Below, piece after piece: positions 12,349 through 25,807 of a stretch of DNA of 64,000 nucleotides. A model generated the notes under the pieces. The model was not told where the DNA came from. It saw nothing but the letters and a program-made list of their open reading frames with translations, and made no database searches. Both the position numbers and the translations under genes were made by a program. Each line of letters starts with the position of its first letter. The first letter of the stretch is position 1. The stretch spans positions 12,958,001-13,022,000 of the forward strand of contig OX597825.1 in assembly GCA_951406725.2 (NCBI GenBank), in the 5' to 3' direction. Source of the DNA: Octopus vulgaris (lineage: Eukaryota).

Positions 12349-12383
<35 letters not shown>

Positions 12384-12523
12384 CATGATAATGATGATAA
12401 TAATAATGACGATGATAATGATAATAATAATGACGATGATAATGATGATGATAATGATGACGATGATGATGATGATGATGATAATAATACTGATAACAAC
12501 AACAATAATAAACATAATGATTA

Positions 12524-12555
<32 letters not shown>

Positions 12556-12561
12556 ATGATG

Positions 12562-12633
<72 letters not shown>
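12243..12633. repeat. (AAT)n/(GAT)n trinucleotide microsatellite
   Basis: Direct inspection. Explains the poly-N, poly-I and poly-Y ORFs. Confidence 0.95.
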
Positions 12634-12635
<2 letters not shown>

Positions 12636-13385
12636 GAAAATAAATCATCGATATTAAAAAAGTTTAGAAACAAACAAACCCCTAATCAAATGATTTCTAA
12701 TAGCCCCAGGGAAATGAGGTAAAAAGTGAATTGTAGCTTCTTCAATTGAAGCGAAAAATACACTTCTAACACTGCTCAAATATCCGTAATATTGCCATTA
12801 AACCAAGCGAAGAGACAAGATACTTCAACACACAAAAAACACAAAGAGACTAACAGAACCAAGCAAAAGAAGAAATAAACATGAAATCACAACAAAATCG
12901 ACAAAAGAATATATAAAAATAAATAACGGCTTTGCCTCCGCCGCCGTCGTCGACAACAACAATAACAGGAAGATTCTCAATAATATGATAGCGAATAATG
13001 ACTATATCAATATATCTTGAAATAATATGAAATAAATGATATATCAAATTTAAATCGGGGTGTTTAGGGTGGAAAGAAATGTTCTGAAAGACGTTGTTGA
13101 TTTATCGGTTGAAAAATATTAAATCCCAAAAGGAAATTCGTATAAAGATAGAGTAATTATGTTTAGCTGCTACACCTCATTAACACGCGACCCCACCACG
13201 TAACCACAGAGACAGAAGGACACACAGACACCCACATACACACTTATATACATATATATATGCTAATACACACACACACACATATGTACATATATATACT
13301 ATATATATGCGAGCGTGTGAATATATACATATACATATATATTTCATATATATATACATTTTATATATAAATATATATATATATT

Positions 13386-13452
<67 letters not shown>

Positions 13453-13469
13453 ATATACACACACATACA

Positions 13470-13625
13470 CGCAGGAGTGGCTGTGTGGTAAGTAGCTTGT
13501 TTACCAACCACATGGTTCTGAGTTCAGCTGCACTGCACAGCACCTTGGGCAAGTGTCTTCTACTATAGCCTCGGGCCGACCAAAGCCTTGTGAGTGGATT
13601 TTGTAGACGGAAACTGAAAGAAGCC

Positions 13626-13630
<5 letters not shown>
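13470..13630 (+). mobile_element. SINE family A, 5' half
   Basis: Runs from the head to GAAACTGAAAGAAGCCC, then continues into microsatellite. Confidence 0.88.
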
Positions 13631-13689
<59 letters not shown>

Positions 13690-13726
13690 GTGTGTGTGTG
13701 TATACAGAGAAAGAAATCGATAAATT

Positions 13727-13787
<61 letters not shown>

Positions 13788-14467
13788 GCTATATATATAT
13801 ATAATATATTATACAAACGCACTCACACACTATGTATGCATGTATATCTGTATTGCTTTCCTCACGGATGTGTGTCTTCAGATAAAAAGTTTCAAGAGTA
13901 AAGCCTCAGGTATCGCATGCCAAGTAGATGCTGTAGCAATGTAAGTGGAACAGAAGGCGATATCTTTTAGGAAAATTTGTTACTGTGATGTTTGTAAGGT
14001 TTATGTTTTTACGTAGGTTGTTTAGCATATCATTTGAAGTTACTTCCTATATTTAACCAGAGCACCGCTAAATCTCCATAAAGGAATCTAGATTGGTTGC
14101 CTCAATAAATAGTTTCCTCTCCCTCCCTTTCACTTGTAAGGAAACATGCTTAAATGGTAATCCGCAAAAGACGCTAACATTTATTCGTCTTGTCTTGTAG
14201 TCCAACAATACTTATAATTATGTAAGTATAATTATATAATACTCATAACAAATAATATCATAACTAGTAATATAATATCACTATTTATATAAATCACAGT
14301 TAATAAACGATTAATATAATTAGTCACTTAGTACTTAGATGCCTTGATTAATTTTCTTGTACTGCCTTCATTACGTTATACCACAAGTTATACACAAAAC
14401 GATTCCTAGCTCGTGTTTACTCTACATTGCTACGTCAAATTATCGAATATACATTTAAAAACAAAAG

Positions 14468-14945
14468 TGGAGGTGCGTCGCTTAGTGGTTAGGGTGTTAG
14501 CATCATGATCGTAAGATTGTGGTTTCGATTCCTGGACCGGGCGACGCGTTGTGTTCTTGAGCAAAACATTTCATTTCACGTTGCTCCAGTCCACTCAGCT
14601 GGCAAAAATGAGTAACGCTGCGATGGACTAACGTCCCATCCAGGGGGGAACCACATACGCCATAGAAACCGGGAAACCTGGCTCATGAGCCTGTCTAGTG
14701 TTTAAAAGGGTACAAGTGGAGGCGCGTGGCTTAGTGGTTAGGGTGTCAGCATCATGATCGTAAGATTATGGTTTCGATTCCTGGTCCGAGAGTCGCGTTG
14801 TGTTCTTGAGCAAAGCATTTCATTTCACGTTGATCCAGTCCACTCAGTTGGCAAAAATGAGTAACGCTGCGTTGGACTAGCTTCCCGCCACTGAAACCGG
14901 GAAACCGGGCCCATGAGCCTGGCTAGGCTTTAAAAGGGCGCATTT
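14468..14945 (+). mobile_element. Tandem pair of SINE family C
   Basis: Two heads TGGAGG(T/C)GCGT..GCTTAGTGGTTAGGG..GGTTTCGATTCC at about 14468 and 14717, with matching bodies. Confidence 0.9.
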
Positions 14946-15304
14946 ATTATTTTTTTATTAAAAAACAAAGATGACGTCGGTTAATAAAATATTTAGATTG
15001 AACTTTCGTGCAGTGATTGTCTACACACGACATTCCTAACTTGTGAACGTTACCCAAAGAACGTTACATAAAGAACATATAATTCGCTATTTCTGTGCTC
15101 GCAACTGATCACAGAAATGGCAAATTATAAACATAACCGAGAGAGAAACAGAAAATTCGCAGACATTTGTATCCGACATATAACACATGCCGTAGTAAAA
15201 CTACAGTGTAAAACACTCCCGTGTTTTAATAGAACCAGCCGAAGCCGATAACAGCAATGTTCAAACTAGTCTCTTGTCAGAATAACGAACGTAAACGAAA
15301 TACC

Positions 15305-15781
15305 TATTTCTTTACAACCCACAAGGGGCTAAACACAGAGAGGACAAACAAGGACAGACAAACGGATTAAGTCGATTACATCGACCCCAGTGCGTAACTG
15401 GTACTTAATTTATCGATCCCGAAAGGACGAAAGGCAAAGTCGACCTCGGCGGAATTTGAACTCAGAACGTAGCCGTAGACGAAATACTGCCAAGCATTTC
15501 GCCCGGCGTGCTAACGTTTCTGCCAGCTCGCCGCGTTGACGAAATACTTATTTCTGTACTACCCACAAGGGGCTAAACACTAAAAGGACAAAGAATGGCA
15601 GATAAACGGATTAAGTCGATTATATAGACCCCAGTGCGTGACTGGTACTTAATTTTATCGACTCCGAAAGGATGAAAGGCAAAGTCGACCTCGGCGGAAT
15701 TTGAACTCAGAACGTAAACAGAGACGAAACACCGCTAAGCATTTCGCCCGGCGTGCTAACGTTTCTGCTAGATCGCTGCCT
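15305..15781 (-). mobile_element. Tandem pair of SINE family B sharing one target site
   Basis: Copies at 15305-15535 and 15549-15781. Outer repeat ACGAACGTAAAC(G/A)AAATACC at 15285-15304 and 15783-15802, with ACGAAATAC between the copies. Confidence 0.9.
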
Positions 15782-16558
15782 TACGAACGTAAACAAAATA
15801 CCATTACAACACAAACCTAAGTCGACGCCGTTTGCAGACACTGCTCAAAAAGCAAACAAAGACACAAAACAGACAAGACTAAAAAAAAAGGGTGAAATGC
15901 CAATCTTTATCATCCTTTGTCCCACTTTCTACCTTTTGATACTTGAAAAATGCAGTTGTCATATTTAAAATAACGAATGTCTCAGAGTCAAGCTAAATGC
16001 TTGACATACATTTTGAAACAGAATGAACTAGAAAGGGCCCACATCAATCACCATCAATTACTCACCGCCTGCTCTGTCAAATTCCAAAGACGTGATAGGC
16101 TAATAAAAGCCTAGCTAAAAGAAAAGAAAAGACTGAAATAGCATCATATCTACCTATTACTCTTTTATGCATACGCTCGTGTATTCTAGACGATTCTAAT
16201 CTTAGACATACCTTACTGTATTTTTAACCCCTCAGAGAATCACAAATTTTTTCAAAGTATTATACCCAGCTATCACACCTAAACATCAGATCATACACAA
16301 AGAATATATATAATACATTCAATAGCCATAATACAATCACGGAAACCATTTCAGCAAACAGTGATATTAACAAACTTTTCGATTTTCACATGTAGCAAAC
16401 TTATTTAATATTCTCGTGGGTGTATCTGTGTGTTCCCATGGGTGTGTGTGTATGTGTGTGTGAGCGCGCACCTGTGTATGTATACGGCTTCAGTATGAAT
16501 ATATCGCTTGTTTGTGCTTGAATACTTACGGGTATCCATCCATCATTCCATCCATCTC

Positions 16559-16628
<70 letters not shown>

Positions 16629-16829
16629 TGTGTGTGTGTGTGTGTATACACATTTTCTACTATATCCTGGTACTTACCAAAGTGTTGGGTAAGTGTGGAT
16701 TCCGTCGGCGGAAACTAAATGAATCCCGTCATACACACACACACACACGCATATGTATATGCACCCGCACATAGACATATTGGCGCACACGTGCGCACAC
16801 ACTCACACGCATATATTTACACTCACATA

Positions 16830-16914
16830 TGAGGGTGAGTAATATGCAATTATGTAATACATACGTAATTATACCTGTCCTAAACAAAATGGCATCACCT
16901 TTTGACTCACCCTC

Positions 16915-16915
<1 letters not shown>
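16830..16915. mobile_element. 86-bp mariner-type mini-MITE
   Basis: TA|TGAGGGTGAGT ... ACTCACCCTCG|TA. Confidence 0.6.
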
Positions 16916-16963
<48 letters not shown>

Positions 16964-17102
16964 CCGCACCAACGCACGGTTGCAACACCATATGGTTGTA
17001 CCTCCAACCGTGCTGTTTACTGCTGTGATTTTTTTTTGCTACCAAGGTATCGGTTAAACTTTTGATTAATCTACTACAAGATTATTCATCTTTCTATTTC
17101 AC

Positions 17103-17142
<40 letters not shown>

Positions 17143-17202
17143 TAGGTACACAGATATCTAGATAGATAGATACACACATAGATACATACATACATACATA
17201 CA

Positions 17203-17235
<33 letters not shown>

Positions 17236-17517
17236 CACATGCATGCATGCGCATGAATATTTTATACTCGTAGACAACTCCACAACATTATTCTTTAGTT
17301 CATCCCCAAGCTATATTATTATTAATGCATTTGATGCATTCAATCTTACAAGCCTATTCAAAGACATTTCGAAATCACAGACATATTTTCTGTTTAAATA
17401 TACCCTCACCATCTGTCTGTCTGTCTATCTGCGTCTCTCTGCCTCTCTGTCTGTCTGTCTGTCTGTCTGCCTCTGTCTGTCTGTATGTCTGCCTCTGTCT
17501 GTCTGTCTGTCTGTCTG

Positions 17518-17563
<46 letters not shown>

Positions 17564-18327
17564 AGTTTCCCTTTCTCTCTACGTGTATGGGAATTTTCTT
17601 TTTAAACAGAAACTTTAACTCAAAACAACCTGAAGCGATATATATTGTATTTTCGCTTTTACAGAACAAAGTTTTGCATGTAACATATTTTAAAATATTA
17701 AGAAGCTTTATATGTCATCTCAGTATTTTCAATTTCTGTGTCTTGTCTGACAATTTCGATATCTCAACTCTACAGAGAAAAAGTAAAAGGAGGGGAAAAT
17801 GAAGAAAGCGAAAACACATGAGAGACAACGAGGGAGCAAAAGTATTTAGAAATAAAGCAATATGAGCAACGGGTTGTGATTGAGCGACTGTTGGCTTACA
17901 ATAACTTGCTTTTACCGCTCTTTTGTAAAAGGGACGTGACAGAGAAGGAGAGGAGAAACAGACAAGGAGAAAGGGAGTGAGAGAGAGCAATAACGACATA
18001 GCAAAGATGAGATTGAAAGAGGAATAATGAGAAAAGAAAGTGATGATGAAACAGAGAGAGAGATAGAGAAAAGGGGAGAGAACTGAGAATATTATCAGCT
18101 CAGTTGGAGTTTTCATTAGAGCGCTCTTTAGCATCAAGCTATTCATCAAGATATTCGTAAGGCTTTAAAAGCTATTACACAATTATAATTACCACAGCGC
18201 AAAATATATTCAAAGCATTGGCTCCCAAATTTCTAACGATGTATGTTTATAGGTAAACAAAGGTTGGCATATTTATAATTATCTATCTGTCCTGACAGAA
18301 ATCAAAACTTTCTAGAAACACACATAC

Positions 18328-19035
18328 GTGGTCTGATCAACAAGTATCCGGACTGTTACCTTAGTAATGAACAGTGGCGGGGCGGACTGGCCAGGTTGCC
18401 AGTTTGCTCGATAGCAAGTGGGCCCCTGCGCCGTTAGAATCCATATATTGGGGCTCATGTTAGTATCTAAGGGGCACATCCCCGCAAGTTTGAGAATGTT
18501 TTATTCACTCCTGGAAGAATGCTTTAATTATTTCAGCCTGGCTGTGTTTGTGGTCAGAATTCTTTTAACAAAAGCCACAAAAAAAAAATGAATAACATTG
18601 TAGTTGCGGCTGGGCCCCCTTGTAGTTAAGGTGTCCCACCCTTGTAGTTACGGGTGTCCCCCTCCCTGTAGTTGAGGGTGGGGTCCATTGTAGTTACGGG
18701 TGCCCCCCTCCGCTTTTAGCTGCGGGTGGGCACCCTTAGTCTCCTGGCAACAAATATTTTTAGAACCAGCCTACCACTGGTAACGAAACTGTTGCACCCA
18801 CAGTAAAACCGTTTGGCACAAATTGACCTTAAACACTGCTGTGATTGCGCTCAAAGTGTTCACGCTCTAGCTTACTTCCGCTGTTTACAGCAATGTTTGG
18901 AAGGCAGGTGTGTAGCGTGTGATCACCACATTAACCATGTGAGAAAAACGTTGAGCAGAAAATCTGTATCAAATTTTGTCAAAAGTTTGGCGATACCTGC
19001 TCATGGGTCTGCTCAAAGCTTTCAAAAAGTTTTCG
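18328..19035 (+). mobile_element. Mariner 5' fragment (TIR plus transposase N-terminus), interrupted by a hAT MITE
   Basis: TIR TA|CGTGGTCTGATCAACAAGTATCCGGACT. Peptide NVEQKICIKFCQKFGDTC at about 18947-19000 (EQRxxIKFC motif). Confidence 0.75.
18372..18779. mobile_element. hAT-type MITE with an internal minisatellite of about 22 bp
   Basis: Termini CAGTGG...CCACTG. 8-bp TSD GTAATGAA (18364-18371) / GTAACGAA (18780-18787). Repeated CC(C)TTGTAGTTACGGGTG units at 18597-18730. Confidence 0.82.
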
Positions 19036-19992
19036 TTAGTCTCGACACAGTCAATGAGATCTATACATGATGCGGTTCTTTCAGCTTGCATGCAACAAGT
19101 AACTTCACTAGACTTTGGTTGGACTGTGATTATAATAATAGACCCTTGTTCAATGTCGTATCCAGTGAGGTGAACCCGGAACCATGTGGTTGCGACGCAA
19201 AAGTCTTACCACAGCGGCACGCCTACGCTTACATATGTATGCGATTGCATTTATATGTGTAAGGGTGTGCGTGTGTGTTAGTGCTTATGTGTGTGTGTAT
19301 TTGTGTGTATGTGTGCGAGCATGCGTGTGTGCGCATGCGTGTGTGCGCATGCGTGTGTGCGCATGCGTGTGTATCAAATCTACAAAAAGGAAATATTTGT
19401 ACATAACCTTTTGGTTCAATGTAACTGATTGGATTTCAGCTTTGATGTGGTTAATGTAGCTGCCAAAAATAGCAGCCAAATTTCAGTCGAACTTCACTTT
19501 TATGACTTCTGTCAGTGTATAATTATCTGTGTGTACTATCTACGGTGCGTTAATGAGAAAGTGCTTGGTACGTTTGGTAGTACATACGTATACTAACACT
19601 CACACATACGTACTAAAGCACAGAGTAAGAGAGATACACACATACACGACCGTAAAAAGACACACAGAGTTACCAAGCCGCAATCATACATATATATACA
19701 TAGATAGATCTGCTTTAATCTTTGTGCTTCTATAAATCAATCTTTTAAATTTGTAATTCCCTGGCCGTCTATCTCGCACCATCTCTGAAAATCTCCATTT
19801 TTATCATCTCTCACTGACTTTCTAAGTATCTTTCCTTCACTCCACCATTCTTCCTCTCTCTGTCTCTCTGTCTATCACTCACTTGATCGCTCTCTTGCGC
19901 ATACATTTTCTATATCCTTATCTACTGGTCTTTTTCCTCAATCTTTTTCGCTCTATCTCTCTCAATATCTTCCTGTCTCTTTCACACTGCAA

Positions 19993-20031
<39 letters not shown>

Positions 20032-20438
20032 CTCAACAATTGTTTACACGTTTCTCTCCTACGCTCTTCTTGTTTTCTCGTATTTGTTAAAATTCATATT
20101 TATTTATATGCAGAGGAGAAAATGTCTCGCAGCCAGTGGTTAACAAATAGACTTCGCACGTTGACCTACAGTCAAGGTGAATGGTACAATTTCGCGATCA
20201 CAACGCTCTCACACATTATACTTCTTTTAAGGGGGTAATTATGAGGATACGAAGTGCACACAAAGAACTACAAGGCCATCAAACCTCCAAGCCAATAAAG
20301 ATGATAATGAATCAACAAATAGATTTTACTCCTCTCAACATTAACTCAACATTATTTTTCCCATTGCGTATAATACACACACACACAAACAAATATGTAT
20401 GTATATAGGCGTAGGTATATATATATATATATATATAT

Positions 20439-20612
20439 AGGCGCAGGAGTGGCTAGGTGGTAAGTAGCTTGCTTACCAACCACATGGTTCCGGGTTCCGT
20501 CCCACGGCGTGGCACCTTAGGCAAGTGTCTTCTACTATGGTCTCGGGCCGACTAAAGCCTTGTGAGTGGATTTGGTAGACGAAAACTGAAAGAAGCTCTT
20601 CGTATATATATA

Positions 20613-20665
<53 letters not shown>

Positions 20666-20866
20666 GTGTGTGTGTGCGTGTGTGCGTGCGTGTGTGTGTG
20701 TGTATCTATGAGTGGGTCTGTGTTTGTCCTCCAGCATCGCTTCGCAACCGATGCTAGTGTGTTTATTAGTGGTTCGCCAAAAGAAACCAATAGAATAAGT
20801 CATGAGGTCGATTTGCTCGACTAAAGACGGTGCTCCAGCATGGCCGCAGTAAAATGAATGGAACAA
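20439..20866 (+). mobile_element. SINE family A with expanded internal (TG)n
   Basis: Head, body and tail are homologous to family A. Confidence 0.88.
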
Positions 20867-20877
20867 ATGAATGAGTG

Positions 20878-20950
<73 letters not shown>

Positions 20951-21170
20951 ATATATACACATATATACATACACACACACACACACACATCCAGAGAGAG
21001 ACAGACTGACAGACTGATACATAGGATGATAGATAGTCAGACTGATAGATACATAAGTAGATATGTAGATAAATAGATAGAAGTGAGACGTACCTATGTG
21101 TATGTATGTTTGTTCGTGTGTGTGTGCGTGTGTGTGTGTATTTATATATATATACATATATACATGTATG

Positions 21171-21212
<42 letters not shown>

Positions 21213-21519
21213 TATGTATGTATGTATGTACAAATATTGTGTGTATAATTAAATGTATACACAAATGCTAACATACGTAGCGTTCATATTTATCTACGCC
21301 GTAAGATCTAAAGTTTATATCACATTTTCTTAATATCTGTATCAGCTGCTACTTTCCAATCGATCAATCAGACAATATTGATTATCAATTTTTTAATTTC
21401 AACCCCCAATATATATGTGTATATGCATGTATGTATATATGTACATACGTATCTATTGAGCCATCAATCTCTCTCTGCCTCTGTCTCTCTCTCTCTATAT
21501 ATATATATACATATATATT

Positions 21520-21569
<50 letters not shown>

Positions 21570-21577
21570 AAAATAGT

Positions 21578-21798
21578 TATCGCCACGCTAGCATACCAGT
21601 CCAGATAGATAGGACAAAAGCTGCCGTTGATTAGCTCCAGGAGACCATCACCTCTAGCTAGGTATGTGACACACAAACCTGTGTCCACTATAACCTTCGA
21701 ACAGGGGAGGTCAGCAGCTTCCCCGAGCTGGTCTGGCTCCCACAGACTAGTTTAGAGGTGTTTTGCCTCTTATCAATGTGGAGTAGCCGAATCCAGCA
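21578..21798 (-). mobile_element. Diverged relative of the 354-nt retrozyme-like unit, between (TA)n tracts
   Basis: Co-linear motifs with 42560-42760. Degenerate HHR on the minus strand: CCACA-UUGAUAA-GAGG-CAAAACA-CCUC-UAAAA-CUAG-UC-UGUGG (21782-21740). Confidence 0.65.
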
Positions 21799-22173
21799 TA
21801 TATATATACATATATATAACATCGTTCTTTTCGTATTCTCAAATACGCCAGCTGAATTCAATTTGTCTCGAGTCGAAAGACGCCTCTTGTCTTATTATTA
21901 TTCTGTTATTATTATTATTATTGTTTTTTTGTGTTTATGTTCGTATTATTTTTATTATTTTGGTATTTATATTCGTGTAAAATCGTCCGTTTTTCTGTCC
22001 TTGTTTCGTATACATTCAATCCTTTTTCCTTGGGGCTGGCCAGATTGGAGCAATCTCAAGATGAATCAGCCGAAATTGCGAGGATGATCCGCCTTTTGAC
22101 TGAAGATTAGAGGCTTCGAATACGTGTCTTTTGTATCGTCTATCTGGATGTTTTGCGTTCTTGTCCCATTTTG

Positions 22174-22246
<73 letters not shown>

Positions 22247-22878
22247 CACACGCACATACATATGTATATGTTTGTGTGTGAGTTTCTGTGTGTGTGTATC
22301 GAAAGGTTAGTATATATACACATATATATGTATACATAGGTACACATACAGAGACAAACACATACACACACACACACGGACACACACGTATATATATATA
22401 TATATGCATACAGATATACACTCATACGGACATGTATAGAATAGGCTTACAAAAGATATACATTTTCTCCTCCCAGACATTTTTATAGTTTATTTTATCG
22501 TTCACAATTTATGTAATAAATAAATATAGTAGACTAAAATACTTATAATTCAATCTACTCGTATATATGTGTATAGGGTGCGTGCCTCTGTGTGTGTATG
22601 TGTGATTGTGTATGAGTGTGGGGGCGCCCGCGCATGTATCTACACCTATAAACAAAAGCATATGCACAGACACACATACACACAAACACACATATATATA
22701 TTTGTGCGCCAGTCATAAATCTACATAAATTTTGCATAGACTGTGTATACGTGTGTCTAAATTTTATTTATGGACCAATTTGTATATCAGTAATTCACTG
22801 TAGGTATTTATTTACTTATATTAGAAACTATATTATACAAACACGAATATATATGCGTACGTATATCCATATGTATAC

Positions 22879-22927
<49 letters not shown>

Positions 22928-23465
22928 TATATACATATGAATATATGCATATATATATATACATACATAAATATATATGTATATACATATATATGTATGT
23001 GTGTATATCAATATAGAGAAAGGGAGAGGATGGGAGAGTGGGAGAGAGAGGATGATAGAGAGATAGATAGATTAATAGATAGATAGAACACATAGATTTA
23101 CAGTTATATTCATAATTACACATAGCTCATGTGCATTTTAATATTTAAACAACGGTTTGTATACTCTGAAGCATCTTTATGAAGCTATAATACATTTATA
23201 TGTATTATATATATATATATACACACATTTAAACACGCATGGACTGCAATATTGAGTCGGCATTAATACAAAGATGAAATGTAAATTATTGTATTAAATT
23301 GGGCGTATACATGCAAATCAACGACAATCCTATATACAAACAAACAAACAAACATAAATATATATATGTATACATATGTGTGTGTTTGTGTGTGTACAAA
23401 CATATAAGTAAATATATGTATATATGTATGTAAATATAAACGTAGCTGTATATATATATATATAA

Positions 23466-23514
23466 TATTCCCTCATATTATTATTATATGCATATATAAT
23501 AATATGAGGGAATA
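23466..23514. repeat. 18-bp inverted repeat at the edge of a (TA)n tract
   Basis: TATTCCCTCATATTATTA ... TAATAATATGAGGGAATA. Confidence 0.8.
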
Positions 23515-23604
23515 GTATTCCAAACTTACTGGGAAAAATTTAATTTAGAAATACTAAATCAAATTTCACAAAATATAATATATATATTTATAAATTAGAA
23601 AATT

Positions 23605-23703
<99 letters not shown>

Positions 23704-24611
23704 GTGTGTGTATGTGTGTGCGTGTGTGTACAAACACACACGTACATATGTATATATATATACAGATATATATATATATATATATATGTACACGTATATA
23801 TTTACATGCGTGTACAAGTTGAGGAGTGGCTCTGTGGTAAGTAGCTTGCTTACCAACTGGCGGCTCAGTGGTTACCGATGATGTTAACTTATTCTTCTTT
23901 TCGGATTATGGCTGCTGTTGCTTAGAGAGTGGGATTGACTCACTGCACAGCCTTTCCTCACTTTAGAAAAATGTTCTTGCACAGGCATTGCACGATAACA
24001 ACATTGATTGAGCTTCGTGCCATGGCCATACTCGATAACGAGGGGGCAGCCACCATATGTATGTATGTAGGTAGGTAGTATGATAAAAAATTTAGACAGG
24101 CAGTTGTAGATGGCAGAAAATCATTTACAAATAGATATATTAAAATTAGTACAAAGTTATATAAACCGTAGAAACTGCAAAGGAAAGCCAGAAAATTGAG
24201 AATGCGAAATTGAGAGAAATTCTTTATGAATAGATATGTATATCCAAAGAGATTTTACTTTGGTGTTATCGATAAAATATGAGAATCCACGCAGTCGTTT
24301 GTAGTGGTTCATCTTCTTTAACTACAGGAAAATCGGTAGATTTCAGACTTGAACCTCAAAGTTAAAAGTATTCAAATACGGTAATACTTTACAGCTGTTT
24401 CTGTGGTGTACTGTTCTGTGTGTTCAGTAATGTGCATTGTGAGTACATACAGAAAATAAAAATTCTTTTATTGAATGTATATAAGATAAATTTTAAATTA
24501 CGTAAACCACTTATTCCATCCTCAGAATGGAATGATATTTTATCAATATATTTAAACACACGTAAAATCATAAACGCACAAATGTGTATATGCAACTCAT
24601 ATATGAACGTG

Positions 24612-24647
<36 letters not shown>

Positions 24648-24652
<5 letters not shown>

Positions 24653-24900
24653 AAAACAAGTCAAGATAGAAAATGCTAAAATAATTTTACAAAGAACATT
24701 TGAGTACCGGTTTCAGTCATTGAGATTTGTCAACTGTAACAATTAAATAATTAAATTTAGAAAAATTAAAAGAAAAGTTTTTTAAAAGAATATTTGTATA
24801 GTGTTCAAAAACAAGTGGTATTTTCCTTGTTTCTGCCTATCTCTGTATCTCTTGTTTACTCTTGTGGATTAGAAGACGTTGTGAATTATTGGTAGGGGAG
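24648..24900 (-). mobile_element. Solo Penelope-like 3' terminus, diverged homolog of 29045-29292
   Basis: The reverse complement aligns with the 3' end of the PLE, including ..TTGACAA..GAAACCGGTA (24736-24702). Ends on (TA)n. Confidence 0.8.
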
Positions 24901-24930
24901 AAGAAGAAGAAGGAGGACTATATATATATA

Positions 24931-25227
24931 GTCAGCAAATCTCACCAGTTTTTCTGACGACACAAAAGTATCTCATGCAGTTTGGAACCCAGAGGACATA
25001 ATAAAACTGAAGAAAGACATAAATGAAATATACAGGTGAGCTAACAAAAGTGACCTGCAGTTCAATGGTATGAAAATTTAGGCACTCCATTCTCGGCCCA
25101 ACACCAGGCTACAATCGGAATACACTGGACCAGAAGCTAATACGATCCCAGATTTAGAGTCAGAGCGTGCCTGGGGTACCACATGAGCAATGATGCAATA
25201 TTTCATGTGCGTATTACCAATATGGCT
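24931..25227 (+). pseudogene. CR1-group LINE reverse transcriptase fragment
   Basis: SANLTSFSDDTKVSHAVWNPEDIIKLKKDINEIYR*ANKSDLQFNGMK matches the FADDTK ... LQxDL..W...NxMxFNxxK pattern. Confidence 0.8.
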
Positions 25228-25541
25228 GTTCAACAAGAAATTGCGAAGCCCTCATATGTCGTCTAACGACGGGTGAGTCCGTGGTATATTAGTGTATTCA
25301 CAATGTCGAAAAGTATTATAGGTAGTTATATACTACCTACATTGCGTGAGTAAAAATACGTAATCTGTTGATAGTGAAACATGTTTGTGATTAATCTGTA
25401 TTTTTGTTACTTAACATTTGTCTTGCTCGCTTACGTTCTGGTGTTTGCTAAATTTCCTTGAGAACATTTCTTAGTGGTAAGACCATAGCGGATCTACTTC
25501 TAGCGTAAGGGTTGTCCACATAATGGTCATCTCTCTCATAT

Positions 25542-25574
<33 letters not shown>

Positions 25575-25578
25575 CACA

Positions 25579-25757
25579 CTTTATTTAAAAGCAGCAGAAA
25601 TGTTTAAAAAGCTATTACTCGGAGTTTCACGTTTCCGTTCTTCGGACAGTTTTGTTAACAAAATTTCTGCTGCTTTTAAATAAAGCATATTACTCTACCT
25701 CTGGTATTTGAGTACTCTTTTTTCCACCTTGTTTCACATTTATGTGTTTACTCCGGT
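25579..25757. mobile_element. Penelope-like terminal fragment with a 5' inversion and an HHR motif
   Basis: 23-bp perfect inverted repeat at 25579-25601 and 25663-25685. Minus strand reads CUGU-CCGAAGA-ACG-GAAA-CGU-GAAA-CUCCGAG-UA-AUAG (25649-25612). Flanked by (TA)n. Confidence 0.65.
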
Positions 25758-25765
25758 ATATATAA

Positions 25766-25807
<42 letters not shown>

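Noticed and set aside
18597-18730. CRISPR-like repeat array
   Set aside because: These are imperfect adjacent repeats without unique spacers, inside a eukaryotic MITE.
21815-22180. Additional hammerheads with long stem II here and at about 25262, 30500-30565 and 51750-51830
   Set aside because: The context looks like PLE termini, but the cores and stems could not be paired convincingly by eye.
23858-24055. RTE-like 3' stem-loop element truncating a SINE A head
   Set aside because: It is a single copy in the window with no TSD or coding motif, which is too weak to call.
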